The position numbers and the translations under genes are program-made. The notes beneath the pieces were generated by a model. That model was given only the letters and a program-made list of their open reading frames with translations. It made no database searches and was not told the origin of the DNA. A DNA stretch of 61,437 nt, the filler included. It is 10 parts of 10 records of this genome, joined end to end, with 100 filler letters (N's around TTAATTAATTAA, not from the genome) between each part and the next. Parts side by side here need not be neighbours in the genome. Positions count along the whole stretch, not along the records: positions 1 to 3,173 come from SRR15195285_1449; positions 3,274 to 8,791 come from SRR15195285_1452; 8 more parts are not named here. One strand, 5' to 3'. Shown piece after piece: positions 1-8,891 of the stretch. The first letter of the stretch is position 1. Every line of letters starts with the position of its first letter.

Positions 1-188
1 GGTATGCCCCCATTTTCCGCGCAACATGCCCCCAATACCAAGCGCCGGGACGCATTGAAAATCGTGACACACTGGGCATACGACCGCCGTATGCCGTGTG
101 TGCGTGAAACCACGACCGCGGACGAATACGCAAATTGGACGAGCAAGCACTAAACGAAATCGTATCGAAATCGACGTCGCAGTGTAAT

Positions 189-235
189 TGACATAGGGCA
201 TAAGGACGGCATAAGGGCCCTTATGCCCTATGTCA
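189..235. repeat. Nested inverted repeat / hairpin
   Basis: TGACATAGGGCATAAGG (189-205) is the exact reverse complement of CCTTATGCCCTATGTCA (219-235). It overlaps a perfect 20-bp palindrome GGCATAAGGGCCCTTATGCC (208-227). Confidence 0.9.
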
Positions 236-445
236 TCGTCGAAAAGCTAATAAGGCATACTTCCAATGTGCACTAGTATTGATTGATCCCAATAGCCGAG
301 ATTTCTTGTCCAGTGCAAGATGCTTAGTGACCACAAAATCGCGCCCTCCAACAATTGCCATAATTGGGGATCTGTACCGATGGAAATGTTGCAGTAGTGG
401 CAAGAATGAAGTTACTTTTACTTAACCCGTGCTTCTCGTCGCCTT

Positions 446-3173
446 TTACGCATCACATGTCTGCGGCGCGAGGCTGCAGCAGACACAAGAGCACAGCAGC
501 ATCCATATGCATACACCGACAAGCAGAGCATCAGTGGTGTACATCATTCGCTTACGGCGTGGAGACAGGATGGGCTTTTGCGTACCATTTGCACTTGCCA
601 GAGGACTGCAGCGCCCTCGCAGGGACACAGCACACCATTGATTAGACGACTTTCGAAACTGGCAACAATTAATCAGAAAACAGCAAAATAATCTGCTGCG
701 AGACTCACTTCAAACGTAGCGAAGAAACCGTTCATGGGAAGATTGGTCGAGGCGGAGAGCACAGGGCAAGCTGCAGGACGGCAGATCTCCAAGCCCTTGT
801 GGACGGCTTCTTGCGGGCAGCAGCTGTCGCCCGAGAAGGGCCAAGCGTAACGGATGGCATAGACTACGTCCAGCACCACCACGCGCAGCTGATCAGTGAA
901 TACAAGCGCTTGGGCACGTGAGTGAAAGAACGCACCTCCAGATGCGGAGCCATTGACGCTACGGAGATCGACGCTCAGACTGTGGGGCACAGGGCCTTTG
1001 GTCACTGTCGCAGGCTGCCAGATCGCTTCGTACGGGTTTCGATTTGGAACCCAGCCCAGCCCTGCGGTTGCGCCGCCTCGACCGCTAGTAAATGCTACCT
1101 TGCTCTGTGCTGCCTCAGAGACTGCGGAGGAGTGGCGCTCAATAGAGAGCTGAGTCTGCTGCTGCGACGGCTTCCAACCTGGTCCGACCTCGCAGTACCA
1201 AAGCGACTGATCGTGACCATGATTCGTCGGATCCTTTGGATTGGGTATGCGAAGGTATGCCCAGCCGGAGCAAGCACAGCTCGACGCGTTCGCAAGCGTA
1301 GATTCGAGTTGGCCCGTGCAGACCATCATAGTCGACGAGTCGTCTCCACTCCACGCGGAGACATTGATGTCAAACGGCTGAACCAATACATCCTCACCGC
1401 CCATCCTGTCCGGGTCTAGGCTCACGCTGATGGAGGCCTTCGCGGAGTCCAATTTGCAACCAGCGATCGTCGGGCCGGAGACGTTTTTCATCAGTGCCAC
1501 CGCTAGGCGCCGCCCGACCTCATGCTTAAATCGCGGATGGATACCTGCGCCACCACGCAATGTTGGATTTCAGCAAGACTTAAGAAGGCGATACTGCAGC
1601 AGTGAGAATTCCATGCAGTGTTCTCTGTCTGATTGTACAATGATTTTGCGTGCGTGGACAACGTACCTCCCATGAAGATTGGAGTAGCAGACGAATTGAC
1701 CAACAGTGGCTCGATCTTGCGCACCTCCGGTGCCCAAGCCGCTTTTTCGATCGGAATGCACTCGGGGTCGAATTTGCTAGTAGCAGGGTTGACGGAAGAG
1801 CAATTGGGCCGTCTGAGCGAGGGAGAGCCTTCGTTGGCGGACCAAGGGTCACCGATGTCATATGCCTGAGCGAGGAAGGTACGAGGCATGGCTGGGGAGG
1901 GCAACGCGCCGAAGTTGCCTGTCTGTGACCAGCGCATGTGGGCCATGTGGTCTCCTGCACCTTCAGATCCACCTGAGGCCAGTGTAACTATGCCGAACGG
2001 CGCCAGCGGGTCGGTTGTGGAAGACGAGGACCACTGTTTGCGCCAGAGTGAGACTAACGCGACCTGATCGCAGCCGTATCCGACTTTGTTCATGGAGTTG
2101 CCCATGTCACCTGTTAGCATGCGTGCGATGCTAATGAGACACACATCCACGGAGACTAAGCAACGCATTACAGGTTGGCTGGCCCGTTCATTCACCATGG
2201 CTCAATCAGTGAGTGAACGGGATGGTCAGTGAATGGGCCAGCCGGACTCATGGTGAGAAATGTGCAGTGGACGGGCCTCACCATGGCAGTTATTCTCCCC
2301 CTGGTACCACGCCCAACCCTCAACGCTCATATTTACGAATGGCGTAATCATGCCGTAAAATAGCTTGGACGTTAGTGCGTAGCCAATATTTTGCGACGGG
2401 TTCGACGCGTTCCACGCGTAGCCACTTTCGTTCGCACACGTTTTAAGCGTTTCGTTGTCCAGATATGCTTCGATCTGCATGCCACCCACCGCAGACTGGA
2501 TCAACCCGATGGGTGTCTCTACTCCAAGGTCAACGAGGCCCACACCGAAGTAGGTGCATGTGGCAGAGAACGCCTCAAACGGGCGCAACTGGGCATGGCC
2601 GCCCTTGCTTGGCGGGGATGGGGCAGCAACTCCGTACGACATGTTGTTCCATGGCACTGCCCCGTCAGTGGTGGCGTATTTAGGAGCGTCAGCATGGAAG
2701 GTCGCGGCGTCCACACTCATACCTCCGTATAAGAACGTGCGGATGTTCGTGTACTTGCCAGCGCGGACTGCAGCTTCGAGCACCGGCCGCGAGAACGAGT
2801 AATGCGTTGCCAAGGCCATATTGGACTGGCCTGAGCACAGATAGACGCTCCCGAAAACGACCCGCTCGAGTGAAATGGCAGCTGCCGGCGCGCAGCCTGC
2901 ACAGCTGGCGCTGATCGTGTACTCGTCGTGCGAGGCTTGCGCTGGCTTCAGGACCGCGCGCCAGATGGATCCGTTGACGCTGATCGATGTCGTAGTGGCC
3001 GCCACTGTGTAGTCCCCGGCTGGCCCTGTGACCTTCACCGTCACCGCCTCGCTTGCCTTGAGCGCCAGACCGTACACAGCCACGCCTTCGCTCTCGGTCG
3101 CCTGCAGCACCATATCGCTCGAGAAGCCAGCGCTCCAGCTGATCGGCGGCGGCGGCGGCGGCGGCGGCGGCGG
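446..3173 (-). CDS. Sialate O-acetylesterase-like (SASA/SGNH) protein, 5'-truncated, six exons
   Basis: Motifs VYLCSGQSNM, WYQGENN and GIHPRFKHEVGRRLA. GT-AG introns at 2111-2281, 1545-1666, 864-935 (in frame, less certain), 606-708 and 474-585 restore CHGDMG, FMGGIHP and ESSGKCKCLAPQTCDA*. The frame is open to the contig edge (poly-Pro). Confidence 0.85.
3144..3173. repeat. (CGG)10 microsatellite at contig end, poly-Pro on minus strand
   Basis: Read directly; the assembly breaks inside it. Confidence 0.9.
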
Positions 3174-3273
3174 NNNNNNNNNNNNNNNNNNNNNNNNNNN
3201 NNNNNNNNNNNNNNNNNTTAATTAATTAANNNNNNNNNNNNNNNNNNNNNNNNNNNNNNNNNNNNNNNNNNNN
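3174..3273. other. Artificial contig linker 1
   Basis: N44-TTAATTAATTAA-N44, stops in all six frames, identical to the eight other copies. Confidence 0.98.
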
Positions 3274-3773
3274 ATGTTCGTAATAGCTTCTTAGTAGCCT
3301 TCCCGCCAATGATCTCGGATTTGAGATATCCAGATCATCAGTGTGTACACACGTGCAACACACTGTACAGTGTACACCGTTAACTTGGTTAAGGAGGCAG
3401 AACCAGTAGGGTCCTGCATGGATTCCCCGCTCCCTGGACAGCGTCACTCACTCCCAGAGTACTCGGGTACACTGTAGGTTTGACTGAGGCGTGAGGGCTC
3501 CTGACCATCATTTGCATTGGAATGAAAATGTATTTTCGTGCCTCGGCCAGCATTAGAAAACAGAGGTTTGGAGGTGGCTGCAACCGGAACACCGGTGAGC
3601 CCAAGGGTTCGTAAGAAATACCGGGTACAGCTGTACGATCCGCACAGTACTGTACCTACCGTAATACAGTACATGTAGGTACACTGGTACAGCTACAGGA
3701 ACAGTGCACTGGAGAGTGAGACAGCGCGCGTGCGCGCAGTCGAAAGCGTCACACGCCCGGATAGGCGTGTGGA

Positions 3774-4781
3774 ATGGAGATGACGAAGGCTTCCTCGCAC
3801 ACTCCCCCCCTCGGCGATGCCCCGCAGGGTGACGGGAGCGACTTGCCCGTTCTCGGCGAATCCGACCAGTTGCCAGCCATCGACGCCTGCGATGGCGATG
3901 CACCACCTGGAGAACAGCGCGTGAAGAATCACACACGTCTAGGCGCGGACGAGCTGTACTTGATCGAGCTTGAGCATCTGCGACACGTGCGCACTGGTAG
4001 GCAGGACTATTGGCGCGACGTCGCTAGCAAAGTCGGACCAGCACTGAAGGCTGTCAAGGGCCTGCACCGCAAGCTCAACGGGAAGGATACGTACGGGATG
4101 AAATTGAGATGCAAGGACACTCTCGTCGATGACCCGACCGTCTACAATGATATTGAGAAGCGCAAGAAATACCAGCCGAAGGGAACCGGACAGACTTCCA
4201 CACAGCCCTCTTCCTCTCTGGCAACACTGCCGCTGCAGCCTGCAGCGGTGCAGCCTTCTCCGGCATCGCTGTCGGGGGTGGCAGGGCTGGTGGGAACGGC
4301 AGCAGCATTGGGGAGTGATAACCAAGCAGCAGTATCTCCGGCAGCCAGGATGAGATCCAAGCAGCGAAAGCGATCGCATCCGGATGATGGAATGCCCTCT
4401 GCGCCAACTGATGCTGATCACCGAGAGGGCCAGCAACGACTCAAGAAGTCACATGCTTCCACAACCACACTAGCTGTAGAGCTAGCGCGGGGGTTGGCAT
4501 CCACAAAGCAAGAACTGATTGGCTCTCACTCCGCACCAGATTCTACTAATGCTGCCACCGATCGGCGAGGGAGAGCTGCAGTGGCCGCAGAGCAGCCGGT
4601 GAAACTGTCGATCCGAGCACGACTGGACGCGCTGGAGAAGAACACTCGCCCAGGCGAGGCATCGACGGCGGATTTCTCTACACGCATTGAACTTCTGGAG
4701 GATATGTATGGAATCGAAGCTGCCCCTGGTGCTAATCTCCCAGTACGCGTGACTAACTTGGAACGCGAAGCCGATGGTTAG
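3774..4781 (+). CDS. Hypothetical protein, 335 aa
   Basis: Long ATG-initiated ORF convergent with the helicase. It has a helical N-terminal block (DYWRDVASKV), NLS-like RSKQRKR, and three C-terminal R-[LIV]-x-x-LE motifs. Confidence 0.6.
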   Translation: MEMTKASSHTPPLGDAPQGDGSDLPVLGESDQLPAIDACDGDAPPGEQRVKNHTRLGADELYLIELEHLRHVRTGRQDYWRDVASKVGPALKAVKGLHRKLNGKDTYGMKLRCKDTLVDDPTVYNDIEKRKKYQPKGTGQTSTQPSSSLATLPLQPAAVQPSPASLSGVAGLVGTAAALGSDNQAAVSPAARMRSKQRKRSHPDDGMPSAPTDADHREGQQRLKKSHASTTTLAVELARGLASTKQELIGSHSAPDSTNAATDRRGRAAVAAEQPVKLSIRARLDALEKNTRPGEASTADFSTRIELLEDMYGIEAAPGANLPVRVTNLEREADG

Positions 4782-4881
4782 AGTTCATGGTCAGTCCAAT
4801 ATATATGAATATAGTGAGACTCTCTTGTGTGCGGCGTCACGTCCCATCCAACGCCGACTGTGGAAATACCGTTCCGGGTCT

Positions 4882-7749
4882 TCATTGAATGCCGAGCGCC
4901 GACACGGGAAAGACAAGCTTCCGCGCACACATGTTCGCAAGCAGCGCACCAACGTCGCCTTTGTCCTTACCGAGCGTGGCTGCATCGCCTACCATTATGA
5001 GTGATTTGCGCCCACGAGTCAGCGCGACGTTCAGGCGCCTCGGCTCGGACACAAATCCGATCGATCCGCGCGCGTTCGAGCGAACAAACGACAGTACGAT
5101 CACGTCCGACTCCGCGCCCTGCGAGCCATCGACAGTGTGCACAGACAGCCCGCCACCACCGGCTTGTGTCGCTGTGGCTGTTTCCCCGGCTGTGCCTTGT
5201 AATGGTGCTGGCAACGCACTCTTGATGCTGCGCACTTGTGCTGAGTAGAACGTCAGCACCCTTAGCTGGTCTGGATCGGTCACGTCCACTCTCCAACGCT
5301 TTTGCAGATGGGTTACAATCCACGCAACCAGTGCCGCCTCTGGTGGGCTGCACCTCGACCCGCTGGCGTCTACTGCCTCGTTGCCACCATGTCCACTCCC
5401 GATATCAATGAATGCGCAAGGACCAAGCCATCCGATGCCTCCCTCGCTGCACCATGGTGCCAGGGTTTCAGAAACACATGGAGCATCACAGAGCTTGCCA
5501 TGATAGAATCGTGCGTTCGGGAACGATGATATCTCTGGATGCATGCGATACTGTACAGAAAGCAGCGAGGCTGGGCGTTGGCAGTCGATCATCAACCTTG
5601 CCAGCAGCGGCCGCCCAAGACCAGCCTGGTCTGCGCCTTGGCTGCAAATTGTCGCGCCGAGCTGTTGGGGGTCGCCAGCTAGTAGCAATCGTTTCGGCGA
5701 CAGAGATAGCGGGATCAGGACTTCCGGCTCCACAGCCTGAGCCGCCTCGTCCACTACCAACACTTCCACAGACTTCATCGTGCGCACTACGTGCGAGCCC
5801 GCAACGCATAGTGTGCAAAACACTAGATCGGCGCTCGAGAGTAGAGCCTGAACCATCTCCATGTGTCGCGGTCCAAGTGGAAGGAAGCTGCCAAGTATGC
5901 CAACCAGCCCACGCGTCGCTCTAATGACATTCAGCAACTTAGTCTCTAGCTCCACACCATACACCTCATTTACGCAGCCCTTCTGTATCCCTTGCGTCAA
6001 GCCTGTGTTGACAGTGTTGTCGTTATCTGGATCCTCATCGACATCATCAGCACAGAGTGCGATCGCCGCTGCAGTTGCCGCACGGAAGTCCGTTCGCAGC
6101 TCAGCTCGGTAAAATTCTGGTGCTGAGCGCTTCATTCGCCGACGGCATGATGCAATTGTAGAGACTAGTCGAGCAGCAAACAACTGAATTGCTGCTGGCA
6201 TGTTCTCAGCGCAACTCGTGAGCCTTGGTCGATGTGCAACGTTCATCACCACTGATGCAGACGTACTGGGGTCACTACAGCCGAGCTGCTCGGCCTCCAG
6301 AGCTAACCGCGAGAGCCGATGATGCATTGCTTCTGCAAACGTGTAGACGAAACAGTCTTCTCGCACCGATCGGCGCTCTACCGGCCCCAGCACAGGCTCA
6401 TGCTCTTCTTCCGTATCCACTTGTGCGCCACCAAGACCCATCGTCTCTATCGCATTGAACAGCTTTGCACCGTCACCGACAAGAGCAACAGACAGCGACG
6501 CATCCCGTGGTGTTGCAGTCAACAGAAAGCGCGTGAGCAACTCTGCCACACCGCGATTGGATGGTGCGCACACAAGAGTACGCGGATTGCCGCGTCTGCT
6601 GCAGTGCATTGCCTGTAGCAGCGCCACGACGGTTGTCGTCTTGCCCGTGCCAGGCGGGCCGTGCAGCAGCTGGAGCGCGCCTGGGTTGGCTTTGCTGTCA
6701 GACGTGTCCGCGCCTGCCAATTCGGCAAACTGGGCTGCTGCAGAACGCTGTGGGAAGTTCAGATCGCGCCATGCCGCCTCAACAATGCCATCCAGCTGCA
6801 TGTCTCCGTGTTCAGCTGGAGGACCGATCTCCGTTTCACCTTCATCTTCGTCTTCCTCTGACGAAGAGGTCGAGCCAAACTTGATGTGCTCGCAGGTCTT
6901 ATCGCCAAGGATCTGGTGCATATAAGGCGGCGACGGTGACCTCTGACACACGTCGCACATCCGCTGCTCCGCCAGCAAGCTGGCCACGCCCCAGCCAGCC
7001 ACGCGGCCGCCATTGGCTTCAGCCGCCAGCCGAACCGCCGCAGCGGCCGCCGCGGGCATCTCTAGGGTGAAGTATCCGCCAGTGAAACCCTGTCGGCCGT
7101 CGATGCCAGCAAGGCGACCGTCGCCGCCCAGGTACCGCTTCGCCAGTGCATCGGGCCTGCCGCCCCGACCGAATCTGCCTCCGCTGCCTCCACGTCCACT
7201 AGGCGCACCACCACTGCGCCGACCGAATCTGCCTCCGCTGCCTCCGCGTCCACTAGACGCACTAGTGTCATTTGTGGCGAGCAGCCAGATGCCCCCGGCC
7301 CGGCACGCATCGCGCAGCCGTGGCATGTCGGTGTCGGCGACACGCTCGGCGCGCACGCGCACTGATTCCAACGCTCCCTGCTTCGACGACCTTGGGCTGC
7401 CATTACCGGCGCTGTCGGCTTCCTGCGCGTCAATCTCCAGGGTGTACGCCCGGCGTTCGGTCCGTGACAAGCCTTCTGCGACTACGGCGCGCGCCTCCTC
7501 AATAACCAGCTCCTGCATGCACGCATAGTACTGCGCCGCAGTGCTGAAGCGGGCTGGCGTCGCCGACAGTGTCGGCGGCGCCTGTGGGCACAGCTTCGAA
7601 GGCTCCATCCCGAACAGTCGCGTGCTGAGTAGCTCCACGCCACTCACAGGTCTGCGACTCACCCGCTGGCGCTTCCCGCCGCCGAACTCCGCGCGCTCCG
7701 CCCTGCGCCTCTCACGCTGCTGCGCGTATCGCGGGTGGTTCGCAGCCAT
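4882..7749 (-). CDS. Sen1/senataxin-like (Upf1-like SF1, DNA2/NAM7) helicase, 955 aa, apparently intronless
   Basis: HGPPGTGKT (Walker A), LVCAPSN, VVDEAAQ (Walker B), GDPQQL, LSVQYRMHPEI, FYSAQV, TVDGSQGAE, RRLNVALTRGR. Confidence 0.92.
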   Translation of the reverse strand: MAANHPRYAQQRERRRAERAEFGGGKRQRVSRRPVSGVELLSTRLFGMEPSKLCPQAPPTLSATPARFSTAAQYYACMQELVIEEARAVVAEGLSRTERRAYTLEIDAQEADSAGNGSPRSSKQGALESVRVRAERVADTDMPRLRDACRAGGIWLLATNDTSASSGRGGSGGRFGRRSGGAPSGRGGSGGRFGRGGRPDALAKRYLGGDGRLAGIDGRQGFTGGYFTLEMPAAAAAAVRLAAEANGGRVAGWGVASLLAEQRMCDVCQRSPSPPYMHQILGDKTCEHIKFGSTSSSEEDEDEGETEIGPPAEHGDMQLDGIVEAAWRDLNFPQRSAAAQFAELAGADTSDSKANPGALQLLHGPPGTGKTTTVVALLQAMHCSRRGNPRTLVCAPSNRGVAELLTRFLLTATPRDASLSVALVGDGAKLFNAIETMGLGGAQVDTEEEHEPVLGPVERRSVREDCFVYTFAEAMHHRLSRLALEAEQLGCSDPSTSASVVMNVAHRPRLTSCAENMPAAIQLFAARLVSTIASCRRRMKRSAPEFYRAELRTDFRAATAAAIALCADDVDEDPDNDNTVNTGLTQGIQKGCVNEVYGVELETKLLNVIRATRGLVGILGSFLPLGPRHMEMVQALLSSADLVFCTLCVAGSHVVRTMKSVEVLVVDEAAQAVEPEVLIPLSLSPKRLLLAGDPQQLGATICSQGADQAGLGRPLLARLMIDCQRPASLLSVQYRMHPEISSFPNARFYHGKLCDAPCVSETLAPWCSEGGIGWLGPCAFIDIGSGHGGNEAVDASGSRCSPPEAALVAWIVTHLQKRWRVDVTDPDQLRVLTFYSAQVRSIKSALPAPLQGTAGETATATQAGGGGLSVHTVDGSQGAESDVIVLSFVRSNARGSIGFVSEPRRLNVALTRGRKSLIMVGDAATLGKDKGDVGALLANMCARKLVFPVSALGIQ
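7166..7264 (-). repeat. Coding tandem duplication (54-bp period) giving two SGRGGSGGRFGR units
   Basis: GAATCTGCCTCCGCTGCCTCC[A/G]CGTCCACTAG occurs at 7171 and 7225. Confidence 0.9.
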
Positions 7750-7753
7750 CGCT

Positions 7754-7881
7754 GTTGATCGCTATGGTTCGCTGGAGCTGGCCGGTTGGTCGCTACGTTT
7801 CGCTGGAGCTGGCTGTTTGATCGCTACGTTTCGCTGGAGCTGGCTGGGTGGTTGACCGCTACGGTTCGCTGGAGCTAGCTG
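7754..7881. repeat. Minisatellite, four 31-bp units immediately upstream of the helicase ATG
   Basis: Units at 7754, 7785, 7816 and 7851; consensus GTTGATCGCTACG[GT]TTCGCTGGAGCTGGCTG. Confidence 0.92.
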
Positions 7882-8791
7882 GCTGGCGGCGCGACCAGCA
7901 GCGCCAGCGGCCAGCAGCCCAGCACGACGATCGGGATGATGTGGATGTCCAACAAACTTCACGTTGGGGAGTTGCAAGGAAGGATGTCCAACAAACACGT
8001 CCACCAACGCTGGAGCAGCGCCCAGCGCCAGCTCTAGCGGAATGGTGGGCGGCAGTGCCTCGAGAGCCTGCAGTGTGGCATTAATGTTGATGACGGAGCC
8101 CAACGGCGGTCGCCGACGTTGAAAACTCGTATTTAACAGCCTTCGCAACTCGTACTGTTGAATGTTGAGTTCTCGGTATTTGGATTTGTATTCCCGAGTG
8201 AGTTTGACGACTTATTATTGGCACTTCCTGGTTGTTAAACTGCGAGTTCCCACTGGGCTCGTGCGAAGGCCAGGCAGAATGAGGTTGAGAATCGCACGAC
8301 GAGGTTTTCTGTTCATCCCGATATGATTACCGGACGTACTTGTATTCAATCAGTATTGTTATTGGCCTCATGAAGGATGTTCTGGGCGTGCGCTTGGGCG
8401 GGCCTACCGTAGGCAACCTTCGATTGCTCGTCGAGGAGTTTCAAGCGGAATTTTCGTCGTGGTCTCTGAGACTGAGATTTCGAATACAGTATGTACAGTC
8501 GTATTCGAATACTGCATGTAAGCTGTATGAACTCGATGTTCACTTGCTCGGGAAGAGCGGCACTGGAATTCCCGCGGTTCGGAAGATCTTTGCTGAGCAA
8601 GATGCATGCCATTGCATGGACCACAATGTGCCGCGCACGCGCTGCCGTGGTGGTATTTCAGGGCCCGCACCCCCGACATCTGTCACCCCATTAAGCCCTG
8701 GGGGTGGCGGGAGACCGTCGGCATTTGCCAAGGTGAAACATTTATTCTTTAAAAATTATTATGGGCCGCCCTTCTTGGGCCACTCACTTGC

Positions 8792-8891
8792 NNNNNNNNN
8801 NNNNNNNNNNNNNNNNNNNNNNNNNNNNNNNNNNNTTAATTAATTAANNNNNNNNNNNNNNNNNNNNNNNNNNNNNNNNNNNNNNNNNNNN
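8792..8891. other. Artificial contig linker 2
   Basis: N44-TTAATTAATTAA-N44. Confidence 0.98.

Noticed and set aside
7754-7881. CRISPR array next to a helicase
   Set aside because: The units are head-to-tail with no unique spacers, there are no cas genes, and the context is eukaryotic.
7882-8791. Transposon or gene remnant upstream of the helicase
   Set aside because: Only short ORFs with no recognisable motif; the small inverted repeat TTCGAATAC...GTATTCGAA (~8479-8509) is not enough to call anything.
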